IMG/VR virus record: IMGVR_UViG_3300032782_000001
Location: 116,404-180,403 of that record
DNA: 64,000 bases
Source: a virus
Direction: 5' to 3' (one strand)
This document shows, in pieces, positions 46,875-56,585 of this stretch. The translations under genes and the position numbers were made by a program. Each line of letters starts with the position of its first letter. Within the stretch, counting starts at the first letter, position 1. The notes below the pieces were generated by a model. That model was not told the DNA's origin. It ran no database searches and saw only the letters and a program-made list of their open reading frames with translations.

Positions 46875-47476
46875 GTTGACTGAAACTGGACTTGCATGCG
46901 ACGGATATCATCTAAGTGTTGGGTGTCAACCAACACGAAATTTTCCGCCATAACTTGCAAAGAAGTATTTTCTCCGGCCATTTTTATGGCCGCTCGACCG
47001 GCTTCAATAGCCTCAAGTTCCATCGATGCAAGCGTTTTGAAAAAACCTTGGAGGTTCGCCGTGCACGTAGGTACTTGAATAAACGTTTGCATGGGATCCC
47101 CGCCCATACCAACGATCCGCATCGCAAGGTCGTATGCGTGTTGTCGCTCTTCTTTGGAATGGTCATACCAATGGTCAACGAGTGAGTCCCGCCAAGGACC
47201 TTTTACTCGATCCGCGAAACTACGGTAAGCGGCGTCAATAGCATACTTGGCCGTCAGCCACTTTTGGAGATGTGCAATTACCTGACCCGTAGGAACGACA
47301 AAATCACCTTCCGGGTTGCTTGGGACTGTCAGAGTTGGTGAATCTTCCAGAGCCAAAAGAACTCTTCCAATATCCTGAGATATTGCAGAGCGACTAGGAT
47401 TGCGATTGGAATCTAAGCCGCTGGCAATCCGATTTAATGCACCACGAATATGGCTCGGCCTGACGTTCCTGTCCAT
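46871..47476 (-). CDS. ferritin-like four-helix-bundle protein (putative)
   Basis: HWYDHSKEERQHAYDL and ELEAIEAG E-x-x-H-like pairs; weak. Confidence 0.4.
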   Translation of the reverse strand: MDRNVRPSHIRGALNRIASGLDSNRNPSRSAISQDIGRVLLALEDSPTLTVPSNPEGDFVVPTGQVIAHLQKWLTAKYAIDAAYRSFADRVKGPWRDSLVDHWYDHSKEERQHAYDLAMRIVGMGGDPMQTFIQVPTCTANLQGFFKTLASMELEAIEAGRAAIKMAGENTSLQVMAENFVLVDTQHLDDIRRMQVQFQST

Positions 47477-47521
47477 TTCGAAATAACGGAAATAAAGGTC
47501 CTAGTCTGTATGATCTGTTAG

Positions 47522-47839
47522 ATGAGAGATTTCGATTGGAAATATGTTCCCCAAACGGGTCTCGTGTTATTGACGGTCCCGGAAATATCTAAAGATGTTC
47601 AAGTACAAATTGCGGATTTCCGCGACACGCATGCTCTAGCCTATGCTCCGTCAGGGGGATTTATTGGGTATTCCCATAAAGGGTCAGAGCTGGGCGTCCC
47701 TGGAAGTATGAGACTAGGGAAAACTCCACTCCATCTGGTAGATGGAATCTGGTTCATGTTTGAGGACGAAAAAGGTCAACAAGCTCATCAACATGTTCTT
47801 CTTAAGCTAGAATTATTGATTTTGAAGCCTCTTCCGTAA
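47522..47839 (+). CDS. hypothetical protein
   Basis: 105-aa ORF. Confidence 0.45.
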   Translation: MRDFDWKYVPQTGLVLLTVPEISKDVQVQIADFRDTHALAYAPSGGFIGYSHKGSELGVPGSMRLGKTPLHLVDGIWFMFEDEKGQQAHQHVLLKLELLILKPLP

Positions 47840-47868
47840 ATCTCGAGGTATCTCGCGTATCCGAGGTC

Positions 47869-48504
47869 ATGAACGCGAGCATCCTCGACAAGAATCATCC
47901 CTCCTTCGGTTGCAAAAATGCGTGGTTCCTCTTTGGGATCCGGGCGTCCGGAAATACCGTCTCGAAGATGATTCTCGTCGAGGCAAAGGGGCCTTGGGCA
48001 GTCCAGACGATGGAAAGGCTTCTCCAGAAGGATGGGGCCGTGAGTGATACCTGTTTCTCTCTCCTGGTCCATAGGGAGTGTCCATCTATCGGGATTCGGG
48101 CAGAGATCGTGGAAGAAGTGTCTTACGTAGACTTCATGCTCGATGTGGTGGAGCCGGGACGTCTTCTCGAAGACTCTATTGTCTCGGTGTCCCTTCGGAA
48201 TTCACTCACGGCGGAAGAGAGGGCACATGCATCGCGAAAGCTCGAGAATCCCGCGCCCGTCCCCGCCCGCGTCCAGAACCCGGTCCCTGTGCCTGCTCAG
48301 GCTCCCGTCTTGCGAGTGGTGAAGAACTCCATGTCTCCTCCGATGGAGGAGACCCCCACTTACGCGAAGCTTACTGGCGGACTGATTCACCTCGGTTTTA
48401 AGAAGGCCGACGTGAAGAAATTCATTGACAGCCTCGGTCCTCGACTCCATTCCGAAAAGATCGAAGACCTCATCCGCCTTGGCATCAAGGAATTGGCGGC
48501 ATAA
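47869..48504 (+). CDS. hypothetical protein with PAPVPA linker
   Basis: 211-aa ORF. Confidence 0.5.
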   Translation: MNASILDKNHPSFGCKNAWFLFGIRASGNTVSKMILVEAKGPWAVQTMERLLQKDGAVSDTCFSLLVHRECPSIGIRAEIVEEVSYVDFMLDVVEPGRLLEDSIVSVSLRNSLTAEERAHASRKLENPAPVPARVQNPVPVPAQAPVLRVVKNSMSPPMEETPTYAKLTGGLIHLGFKKADVKKFIDSLGPRLHSEKIEDLIRLGIKELAA

Positions 48505-48533
48505 ATTCTGGAGAAACGGTAGTACATAACAGC

Positions 48534-48836
48534 GTGAAGACCGACATCCGTAGTTCAGAGGCGTTCCGCCAGCTCTTCTTGGTACCTCCTGACGAATCCC
48601 CGGAGGTACTGGGGACCGCGGATTCTGAACAGGAACAGGACGAGTCTCAACACCTCAAGACGCTGGAAAAGTGGTATCCGGATACCAGCCAGCCGGCAGT
48701 GACTCAACCAAGCGCTGCTATGAAGGTCTTCCTGGTATCCTGCACGGCTCTTGTCTGGGTCGCCATCATCACAACCACTCTCGTGGTGTTATTCTTCGTC
48801 GGGATTGTCACTACAGCCATTGCACACGGGCTGTAA
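48534..48836 (+). CDS. hypothetical protein with C-terminal TM helix
   Basis: 100-aa ORF. Confidence 0.4.
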   Translation: MKTDIRSSEAFRQLFLVPPDESPEVLGTADSEQEQDESQHLKTLEKWYPDTSQPAVTQPSAAMKVFLVSCTALVWVAIITTTLVVLFFVGIVTTAIAHGL

Positions 48837-48844
48837 TATACGGA

Positions 48845-49297
48845 ATGATCGAGGTAATAGCCTTCGGTCCCCCTGCTGCCACCAATCCTCACGTTCCAGA
48901 CTATATCGTGGTTCGGGACGGACCTGTCCTCCTCCGGGCAGGACAAGGTAACAAGCCAGATTCCGAGGTTATTCTGGGTCCGCTCCTTAAGAGCGGTCAT
49001 GCAATCCGACTCGAACCACCCATTGAATGGCAACCAGACTCTTGGCTCGTAATCGATAATAAACCCGCCTGGATTCTGAGCGGGAAGATGGATGACTGGC
49101 GATCTCTTCGTTCCAAAGAAATCCTGACTGAAGCTTCCATGATGAATGATCCGGAAGCTAAGTTGGCCCGATTGAAAACGGCGGGACGCATTGCTGGTGT
49201 CCCAGTGGAAACTCTGGTAGGAAGACTCGAATCTGCAAGGACATCCCCCGATGAACGGTTGGAAGACGTCTATCGGCGCCTCAGGTCACAAAAATAA
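48845..49297 (+). CDS. hypothetical protein
   Basis: ATG 48845 (MIEVIAF); upstream part of track ORF 48671 overlaps previous gene. Confidence 0.4.
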   Translation: MIEVIAFGPPAATNPHVPDYIVVRDGPVLLRAGQGNKPDSEVILGPLLKSGHAIRLEPPIEWQPDSWLVIDNKPAWILSGKMDDWRSLRSKEILTEASMMNDPEAKLARLKTAGRIAGVPVETLVGRLESARTSPDERLEDVYRRLRSQK

Positions 49298-49553
49298 CAA
49301 TGAAATAAGCTACTGTAGCTGTCAACACCAAGGCTTGGAATACCCTACGACCTTTAGAAGGTATTCCAGATTCGATCGATCCAGCTTCCAATAATCCAGA
49401 AATAATGCAGTTTAGCTCGACTGCAAAAAATGCGAAGATTTCCGGTTGAGAATGTTTAGTGTTGGAATGAATCGTTGCTACAAGCATGGAAAACCATGCT
49501 ACCATAAACAATGAAGCTAAACTGCCTCGCATCCTTCGGGCAACCCAAACCAC
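49281..49553 (-). CDS. small membrane protein
   Basis: 90-aa minus ORF, three hydrophobic segments. Confidence 0.35.
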   Translation of the reverse strand: MVWVARRMRGSLASLFMVAWFSMLVATIHSNTKHSQPEIFAFFAVELNCIISGLLEAGSIESGIPSKGRRVFQALVLTATVAYFIVIFVT

Positions 49554-49753
49554 TGTACGAAGATGCTCTTCACGTCTGGATTACTTAGCATCTCGTAACA
49601 CACGAGAGCAAAAACAGGATCCACACGGATTCGGGCGAAGATCGGGCCGCAACGCGACCCAAACCTCGCCCGACAATCTGCGCAAGCGCTGTCATGAAGG
49701 CGAGCAGCCTTCTGGCATCCTGCACACTTTCCAATCTGAGGGATATCAGTCAT
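49517..49753 (-). CDS. small Cys-rich protein
   Basis: CAGC...CADC...C pattern. Confidence 0.35.
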   Translation of the reverse strand: MTDIPQIGKCAGCQKAARLHDSACADCRARFGSRCGPIFARIRVDPVFALVCYEMLSNPDVKSIFVQWFGLPEGCEAV

Positions 49754-49839
49754 ATAGACCTGTACGGTCTATAGACGCTGATTTCTAGAGGACTCAACGT
49801 CCTCTGAACACGCTCTGTCGGACCGGTATTCGACAGTCG

Positions 49840-50829
49840 TTAAATGGGGGCGCTTTGGATGACCCAAAAGTCCGAACACAAGCTTGTATTCTGGACATAC
49901 GCGTAACTCATCCAGAAGTATCCTGAGAGACCCCAACCAGTGCCCCAAGAATTACGGACGAGGAAAGCACCCTTGGAAGTGGAACCATCGGCCGTAAAGG
50001 ACTTATTGTCATCGTAGCCAACGAGGCAAACCGCATGTCCACCCTGGAGCTGCTCACTCTTCTGAGGCACAGGTAGACAACCTTGATTCGCCATCGTAGA
50101 GCTCATCATATAATCATAAACCTGGAAGCCGAATCCGATGAGGAATCCGCTTGCAAGCGTAGATTTCATGGTTTCGATATCACCATCAGTAATAGCGTGA
50201 TAGCTCGTGACTTTGTGAGTCGCAGCAGCAGTCCAAATGGACTGCGGCGGATTGACCGTGAACTTTGAAATGTCGTATGGCCAAGCCGCTTCGTCTGCTA
50301 CTCCATATGATGCTCCACATTTGATAGCATCACGAATAGTAGCACCTGAGTCTTCACTTACCGTCCCCTCGATTTTTCGAGTTCCGTAATATTCAAAAAG
50401 CCGACTCGCTCGCTCAAGAGCTGCGGGCGTGGGGGCGGGCGTGGGGGCGGGCGCCGTACCAGGGGTCACGGTCGTCGTAAACGACATGACACCCTTAGGG
50501 TCTACAGACACCGGCGAAGTGGTAACAGTAGGAACGGTTCCCGTGGGGGAAACCACTACACCCAGACCGGAATGAAGTCCTGCAAGCCTCTTGATCTCGT
50601 TGAATTCGACGAGTCCCGAGAACATGTTAGCAGTGCAGCTTCCGAGTTCACCTTGATCGACGACAGGACTGCACATCGATTGGTTGTTGAACGAAGCCGG
50701 GATGGCAAGAAGGCTTCCGTGAAGCTTGATCTTGAAAGCTTCATCCCTCGGATCAAAGTGTTGTTTCTTCCAGCCTCCGAGGTGGATCCTTCGCGTAGAA
50801 CCGTCCGGATGATGCAGCGTCTTGAGCAT
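49840..50829 (-). CDS. papain-like cysteine peptidase (C1 family)
   Basis: QGELGSCTANMF (Q..GSCWAF-like Cys site), GGHAVCLVGYDD (His), VRNSWGTGWGLSGYFWMSY (Asn/Trp); Pro/Thr linker PAPTPAPTPA. Confidence 0.8.
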   Translation of the reverse strand: MLKTLHHPDGSTRRIHLGGWKKQHFDPRDEAFKIKLHGSLLAIPASFNNQSMCSPVVDQGELGSCTANMFSGLVEFNEIKRLAGLHSGLGVVVSPTGTVPTVTTSPVSVDPKGVMSFTTTVTPGTAPAPTPAPTPAALERASRLFEYYGTRKIEGTVSEDSGATIRDAIKCGASYGVADEAAWPYDISKFTVNPPQSIWTAAATHKVTSYHAITDGDIETMKSTLASGFLIGFGFQVYDYMMSSTMANQGCLPVPQKSEQLQGGHAVCLVGYDDNKSFTADGSTSKGAFLVRNSWGTGWGLSGYFWMSYAYVQNTSLCSDFWVIQSAPI

Positions 50830-50841
50830 TGTTCTCTCCTA

Positions 50842-51189
50842 TTACTCCGCAGGTTGCCACCAATCGGAGCAGTATTCATCTGCTGGAGCAGGGAGTTCGT
50901 CTCCTCCGTTCCAGGCTACAAAATTCGGTTCAACACAACGGGAGGTATCGTCCTCCCCAGTTGAACCAAACTTGCAGTTTGCGCAACAAGACCCGCCTTT
51001 CGGCACACGCATTCCTGCGACATGCTCGTCAGGAAGGAAGAAAGGCCCGACGCCTCCGAAGGCTTTTTCTACTCCTTCTTCGTCGTCTTGCTGATTTTGG
51101 TCCTGAACCTGGTCCTGTTGTAATTGCTCTTGATCTTGAGCAGCCAAGATATGTAGATATCTCGCTGCGACCCGCTTAGCCAGGCTCAT
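50842..51189 (-). CDS. hypothetical Gln/acidic-rich protein with CCANC motif
   Basis: 115-aa minus ORF in minus-strand cluster. Confidence 0.45.
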   Translation of the reverse strand: MSLAKRVAARYLHILAAQDQEQLQQDQVQDQNQQDDEEGVEKAFGGVGPFFLPDEHVAGMRVPKGGSCCANCKFGSTGEDDTSRCVEPNFVAWNGGDELPAPADEYCSDWWQPAE

Positions 51190-51198
51190 ATCGTCCTT

Positions 51199-51555
51199 TC
51201 AGACGTTCAATTTTCCGATGTTCTTATAGCCAGCGGCCAGATCGCTTTTGAGTTGAAGCAAATGTGAAGCTTCTTGCTCCAACTCAGACCGACTCGGGTC
51301 CTGCGGATTCAGCGTTTTGGCGGCTTTCATGATTTTGTCGAAAAGAGCTTGTAGCCCACCGACAGCCGCTTCGTATTCCTGTTTAGTAAATTTGTCGACA
51401 TGGGCAGCTTGACGAGGTGCCACAATCGCGTCCCTGATGCGTCGCAGTTCAGAAGCCACCTTGCGCTTATCAGGACGCATAGTCCCCATATATTCGCACA
51501 GGTCTCGAAGAGCTTTGGCAGCTTCTTGGGGCGTCACGCCGGTACGAACCATCAA
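51199..51555 (-). CDS. hypothetical helical protein
   Basis: 118-aa minus ORF. Confidence 0.5.
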   Translation of the reverse strand: MMVRTGVTPQEAAKALRDLCEYMGTMRPDKRKVASELRRIRDAIVAPRQAAHVDKFTKQEYEAAVGGLQALFDKIMKAAKTLNPQDPSRSELEQEASHLLQLKSDLAAGYKNIGKLNV

Positions 51556-51579
51556 ACTCCTATGAATGGGGAATAAAGG

Positions 51580-52230
51580 ATGCGAGTCTTAGTTAGCGGA
51601 TTCGAACCCATTTGGGGTATTAAGAGGACTCCCAGTGGAGACCTTGCAAAATTATGGCAATCTGGAGAAATGCCGGTACCTGTAGGTGTTGAAGTGAAGG
51701 CGCTTCTGCTCCCTCAGGTGTTCGGAATGTGTACTAATGCCGTCTGCGATGCTATTTCGGAATTCCAACCGGATGCCGTAGTGATGTTCGGAGCTACGAC
51801 AAAAAATGATCCGGTCAGACTTGAGAGATTCGCAATTAACTGCGAACGATCCCCTATGGGGGATAATTCAAAAATTCCCGTCCGAGATAGGCCGGTCGTA
51901 GCCGGGGGGCCATCAGCCTACGAATCGACTTTGCCTGTGTATCATCTCGTAGATAGGCTTGAAGCCCAAGGAATCGCGGCAAAGCCTAGTTATTTCGCCG
52001 GAACGCACGTATGCAATTCCATACTGTATGGAGTTTCACACTGGCTGGCTTCCCGTCCCATCTCGAAGAAGCCAATTATTGGGTTTGTCCATGTAGCATT
52101 CCCGAACGAATTCGGTGTAGTTGAAGATGATCTTTGGGACACTGAAACTTGGCCAAAGCTCATGAGAGCTTCCGTTGTTTTGGTGGAAGAGATTGCAGCA
52201 TGGCTGTCTTCCAGGCCTGGTGCTACATGA
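51580..52230 (+). CDS. pcp: pyroglutamyl-peptidase I (C15)
   Basis: MRVLVSGFEPIWG start, GPSAYESTLPV, AGTHVCNSILYG catalytic Cys context match Pcp. Confidence 0.8.
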   Translation: MRVLVSGFEPIWGIKRTPSGDLAKLWQSGEMPVPVGVEVKALLLPQVFGMCTNAVCDAISEFQPDAVVMFGATTKNDPVRLERFAINCERSPMGDNSKIPVRDRPVVAGGPSAYESTLPVYHLVDRLEAQGIAAKPSYFAGTHVCNSILYGVSHWLASRPISKKPIIGFVHVAFPNEFGVVEDDLWDTETWPKLMRASVVLVEEIAAWLSSRPGAT

Positions 52231-52418
52231 CTGACACTCGGAAGTTTTGGTCCATCGAGTATATTGACGAAGATGGCGATCTCATTACCACAAACATACT
52301 TGCCACAACGGAAGAGATGAAAAAATTGATGGATGAGTTCGCACGGCGAGGGATGAAGGCAGAGACACACGACCTTTCGCCGCCGGCTGTAAACTCTTCA
52401 AATGCATTGCTCTCCTGA
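52227..52418 (+). CDS. hypothetical small protein
   Basis: ATGA overlap with pcp stop; 63 aa. Confidence 0.4.
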   Translation: MTDTRKFWSIEYIDEDGDLITTNILATTEEMKKLMDEFARRGMKAETHDLSPPAVNSSNALLS

Positions 52419-53058
52419 ATGGAACGACCTTGTCCAGTCTTCATCCGGTGATGTGAGGCGGCTCGCCTCAGTTTGGCGTTTCAGTTCAATCCCCATTGCG
52501 GTAGACGAGAACACCGCAGAGCACTCGTATTGGGTGGCTCTCTACGCCGCCATGATTCACAGGACTGCGGCTCCTGATGGACTTTTCCAGGGGATTCTCG
52601 GTCCCATTCTCTTGAAAGCTCTGGTGCACGATCTTGCAGAATGCGTAACAGGGGACGTGGTTCGAGTATTCAAATATTCAACCCCCGAGCTCAAGCAAGA
52701 AGTGGACAGGGCAGAAAATATTCTGATGAAAAAACTGCCAAACCTCGTTCAAGACCTCGTGGGAGAAGCGGAACAGCCTCAAGGAAATGACAAGGCATAT
52801 ATTTCTGCGGTGGTAAAGTGCGCTGATTTTTTGAGTCTGTTCCAGTTTATGAGGCGTGAAGCCATGCGAGGTAATTCCGAAATTGCCCCATTTTATGGTC
52901 GAATGATCACGGACTTGGAGACTATGGCTTCCGACGAGCGGGAATTAGTAGTAGGGAAAGATTTGAAGTTCCGACCTTCAGAGCTTTACACGGCTATGTT
53001 CACGGAAGCTCGCGCTATTTACAGATTCAAATGGAATATCGGGTCTAATAATGGCTGA
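52402..53058 (+). CDS. HD-domain phosphohydrolase (YfbR-like 5'-deoxynucleotidase)
   Basis: H...HSYWVA...ALVHDLAECVTGDV HD motif arrangement. Confidence 0.65.
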   Translation: MHCSPEWNDLVQSSSGDVRRLASVWRFSSIPIAVDENTAEHSYWVALYAAMIHRTAAPDGLFQGILGPILLKALVHDLAECVTGDVVRVFKYSTPELKQEVDRAENILMKKLPNLVQDLVGEAEQPQGNDKAYISAVVKCADFLSLFQFMRREAMRGNSEIAPFYGRMITDLETMASDERELVVGKDLKFRPSELYTAMFTEARAIYRFKWNIGSNNG

Positions 53059-53554
53059 AACCAAAAGTGAAATTCGGGCCAGAATCGATGAACTCGATAA
53101 AGTCCTCGACAGTCTCGAAGCTGGTTTTGTAGAAGATATATCGCCTTACAAATTCATCGAGGCGCGGAAGAACGCACTGGAAGAGGAACTAGCTCGCGCT
53201 GAGGAAGATCTTTTCGCTTCGGTCCTTCAATCTCATAAAACCATCTGTGCAGTGAAACAGATGGAAGAAGATGCAGCCTATGGCCAAGACCCAGCCCTGT
53301 ATTACACATTAGCTATTTGTGGAGAATCTGGGGAGATGGCGAATAAAATCGTCAAGGCTCTCCGGAATGGAAATGACCCCAACGCGTGCAAAAACGCTGT
53401 CATTTCGGAACTCCCGGATGTTATCATTTATAGCGCCGTCCTAGCATACGTGCTTCAGATCGATTTGACGAGGTTGGTCAACGACAAAGTAAAAATTGTC
53501 ATTGAACGTGCCGAATCTGGTTATTATGGCGGGCCGCTCAGCAAGATCACATAA
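53051..53554 (+). CDS. MazG-like nucleoside triphosphate pyrophosphohydrolase
   Basis: LAICGESGEMANKI E-x-x-GE-x-x-E core. Confidence 0.6.
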   Translation: MAETKSEIRARIDELDKVLDSLEAGFVEDISPYKFIEARKNALEEELARAEEDLFASVLQSHKTICAVKQMEEDAAYGQDPALYYTLAICGESGEMANKIVKALRNGNDPNACKNAVISELPDVIIYSAVLAYVLQIDLTRLVNDKVKIVIERAESGYYGGPLSKIT

Positions 53555-53925
53555 TGAAGTCCAGAGAGTTATGTCGATGGGCGTGTAGTTGGCTCCGCGG
53601 GAAAGGTCATGAATTCCGACCAGGGAATCTTGGAGTTCCTTGTGTAGTATGTATTAAATGTAATCTGCTTCTTACTTCCAGAGGTCGAATACAGACCCCT
53701 TCACACATGTGGTTGGCTGAATCAGCACAGAAACCAAGAATCGGACGTGTAACTTATTGCGGGAGACGAAGTGGCAAGGCAATCACGCCAAAAATGACAA
53801 TCGGATCCATACGCATAACCCACCATCGAAGACAAAACGATAGTTCTTCAAGTTTGCGAAAGATGGCAATGAAAATTTCGCATTCCTGCAAAGAACTTCG
53901 TATACTAGAAGTGATGGAATCATGA
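53554..53925 (+). CDS. hypothetical basic protein, C-terminal ...RILEVMES
   Basis: 123 aa; ATGA overlap with next gene. Confidence 0.5.
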   Translation: MKSRELCRWACSWLRGKGHEFRPGNLGVPCVVCIKCNLLLTSRGRIQTPSHMWLAESAQKPRIGRVTYCGRRSGKAITPKMTIGSIRITHHRRQNDSSSSLRKMAMKISHSCKELRILEVMES

Positions 53926-54275
53926 AGATCACCGGTGCAGATAAGTTACTGTTATTGAATGGACATCCTTGCTGTGTGCTTTGGAAGGCAGTAGACCTTG
54001 AAGGGGCTTATATATGGCCAACGACCGGAGTTCATGGGTTCATCCCATCGAAAGCCTTCGAGATCAGTCGGAATACCGCTACAGGGAAAATTCATCAAGA
54101 CGAAGTCGGAACAATTGAAGTGACGACTTCAATTGTTCCCATTCGAAACGGTCTTTCGGTCCATCCTGGACCAGAGGGATTTCGACTGGAGACCTTAATT
54201 GTAGTAAATCCGAACGGAACGTGGAGTCCGGCGCCTGTTTGGATCGGCGAGAAGCTCGAACTCCAAAAAACCTAA
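53922..54275 (+). CDS. hypothetical protein
   Basis: 117-aa ORF. Confidence 0.45.
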   Translation: MKITGADKLLLLNGHPCCVLWKAVDLEGAYIWPTTGVHGFIPSKAFEISRNTATGKIHQDEVGTIEVTTSIVPIRNGLSVHPGPEGFRLETLIVVNPNGTWSPAPVWIGEKLELQKT

Positions 54276-54519
54276 ATTTTTTAGCGTTATACTTCGCCGA
54301 GCGAATTGACTGGCAAATTCGACAGAATCGCCTCTTGCCGACCACATAAGCGTCTTTGAGAGAATGTCCATGCTTGCAATGTGTGGGCTTGGGTTTGGCC
54401 AAAAGAGCAGCACGGACGCGTTCGGTATGCTCCGCCGAATGCTTTTTTCCGATCTGTGCGGCAGTAAACCGTCCAGAGGAGCCCCATGAGGACACCCTAC
54501 CGGACCAGTAGCATTCGCT

Positions 54520-54924
54520 CTACATCGGAGTACCATCGATATTTCCCCGGAAAATCGTATAGAACGGCAACGTATTATCTTTATTGATACGATCTGCTGC
54601 CGCTTTATCGTCTTCGAGTTCGTCCGACTCGAGACGAGTTTCTCTAGCAAGCTGAAGAAGAATGGGGTCAGATGTGATCCGCATGAGATCTGCCTTGGCT
54701 TGAGGAATTTTCCTCAAAGTTAGATAGAGTTCCTCCCAGCTGATTTCATCAAGTTTGCATTTTCCATTTTGGAAATAGATGTTATTGGATTTATCCCCCT
54801 GGCAGAGAGTGCAACAATTCCAATTCTTGTTGATCCGGTCTTCCGGTTCCCTCTCACAATCAGGCATTGGAGGGCAAGGTCCGAATTGCCCATTTTGACA
54901 CGGTCCACAAGGTTTGTTATCCAT
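54520..54924 (-). CDS. Cys-rich hypothetical protein
   Basis: CGPCQNGQFGPCPPMPDC...CCTLC. Confidence 0.45.
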   Translation of the reverse strand: MDNKPCGPCQNGQFGPCPPMPDCEREPEDRINKNWNCCTLCQGDKSNNIYFQNGKCKLDEISWEELYLTLRKIPQAKADLMRITSDPILLQLARETRLESDELEDDKAAADRINKDNTLPFYTIFRGNIDGTPM

Positions 54925-54975
54925 ATTGAACGCTACTCATCGAAAATTCACTCATCTCCAACGTATTTTACATAT

Positions 54976-55800
54976 ATGTCAAAACGCACTATTTTTGTAG
55001 GAGACGTTCACGGGTGTCTCGAAGAATTGGATGAGCTTCTCCGAATCATTCGGTGCCAATCCGGAGACCGGCTAATTTTCCTTGGAGATCTCATCGATCG
55101 AGGCCCGGACCCTGTCGGATGTGTTAGGCGCGTCCGTGAACTCCAGTGTGAGTCAGTCCTCGGGAATCATGAGGAGAAAGCTCTGAGATGGCTTCGTTAT
55201 GAAGCTGCCCGCGCAGTTTCCGGGACGCCCAACCCCATGAAGGCCCCATGGCCGGACAGGCAGAAGGAATGGGAATCCCTGTCGAGAGACGATGTTGACT
55301 GGCTGTCTTCCCTTCCCATCCTCATCGAGGTCAATCCGAAATTGGTGGCCGTCCACGCAGGATTAGAACCAGCGTTCCCTTTGGACCGACAAAGGATGAA
55401 TAAGGTCATTCGCGTCCGATATGTGGACTCCAAGGGGAAGATGGTTTCGCTCGGAGAGGATTCAGTTATTCAACCCGCGGGAACCACTTATTGGTCCAAA
55501 TCTTGGAAGGGGCCGCAAAGCGTCATCTATGGCCATGCCGTCCATTCTCTTAACTTACCCGTCATGGATACTCCGGGTGGGAGGTGGCCATTCGGTTTGG
55601 AGCCTTCTCTGGAAATGGCGAAGGAAATTTATCAAGAACCGGTTTGCGTCGGGATTGATACTGGATGTGTCTTCGGCGGGTATTTGAGTGCCGTTTATGT
55701 CGAAGATAGTTCTCCCATCCCCACTACTTTGGCTCGCGTCAAAGCAAAAAGGCAGTATCGGAGTTTACCTCCGGGACTAGAAGTCCCACACTTCGTCTAA
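54976..55800 (+). CDS. Ser/Thr protein phosphatase, PPP family (lambda-PPase/ApaH-like)
   Basis: GDVHGC, GDLIDRG, GNHE metallophosphoesterase motifs in order. Confidence 0.8.
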   Translation: MSKRTIFVGDVHGCLEELDELLRIIRCQSGDRLIFLGDLIDRGPDPVGCVRRVRELQCESVLGNHEEKALRWLRYEAARAVSGTPNPMKAPWPDRQKEWESLSRDDVDWLSSLPILIEVNPKLVAVHAGLEPAFPLDRQRMNKVIRVRYVDSKGKMVSLGEDSVIQPAGTTYWSKSWKGPQSVIYGHAVHSLNLPVMDTPGGRWPFGLEPSLEMAKEIYQEPVCVGIDTGCVFGGYLSAVYVEDSSPIPTTLARVKAKRQYRSLPPGLEVPHFV

Positions 55801-56585
55801 AGCGCGACCGATACTACGCAATCTGCATTGAATTTCAAGCCATTCGTATGAACCGTCCAATCCGGTTCAACGATGGCTGATCCTCCATGACCAAAATCTT
55901 GAGAAAACGTTCCATTTTCTTCTTCTCCCCACCTATTGGCAATGACAGCAGTACATCGATTGTCTGCCACAAATTCCATCCAGGAAGTAGACGGGAAGCC
56001 GCCTTTACCCCAGTTCACACACATCGCCACTAAATCGACTCGTTTCCCTTCAAAAAGAGGAGGTCCTTTAGTAGCAATCCGAGGAATGTTGTCAGGAATT
56101 TTGTCTCTGACATCTCGACACACGACAACAGAAACTAAACCTAAATCAGTCTGAACTACGGCAGGAGGTTCTAACCCCGGTTTAGACCAAAGGAAATCAT
56201 TACCCCATAGGTTAATTTTTCGGCAAGTTAGGATCAAACTTCCGTCTGGGGCTGCTATTGACGCAGAATTATGCAGTTTTCCATCTAATAATTCTACGAA
56301 TCCCCAAGATATGTAAGCGTGTAGTTCTACAGCAGCTCGGCGCATATACCTGGCTGTAGGACCTTCTCCGGCTGGTTCTGCTACCCGGATAGCTTCATCG
56401 GGTCCCATGAAGCTATATCCTGTCATACACAGCTCTGGGAACACGATGAGCTGAGACCCCACCAATCCAGCCGAGTGTAGAAGGTCTTCGCTCCGCCGGA
56501 TATTGTCGGCTACATCAGCTTTGCAAAAAGCCATTCGAGGCCGGTATTGAATGGCACTCAAAATGGTCATACTATTTCCGTTCAA
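55797..56585 (-). CDS. carbon-nitrogen hydrolase (nitrilase superfamily)
   Basis: Catalytic E in LIVFPELCMTGY, K in CRKINLW, C in VSVVVCRD. Confidence 0.7.
   Translation of the reverse strand: MNGNSMTILSAIQYRPRMAFCKADVADNIRRSEDLLHSAGLVGSQLIVFPELCMTGYSFMGPDEAIRVAEPAGEGPTARYMRRAAVELHAYISWGFVELLDGKLHNSASIAAPDGSLILTCRKINLWGNDFLWSKPGLEPPAVVQTDLGLVSVVVCRDVRDKIPDNIPRIATKGPPLFEGKRVDLVAMCVNWGKGGFPSTSWMEFVADNRCTAVIANRWGEEENGTFSQDFGHGGSAIVEPDWTVHTNGLKFNADCVVSVAL

Noticed and set aside
54079-54650. Two overlapping minus ORFs (54079..54495, 54195..54650)
   Set aside because: They overlap each other and the plus gene 53922..54275. Only the 5' part of 54079..54495 looks protein-like, which is not enough to call.
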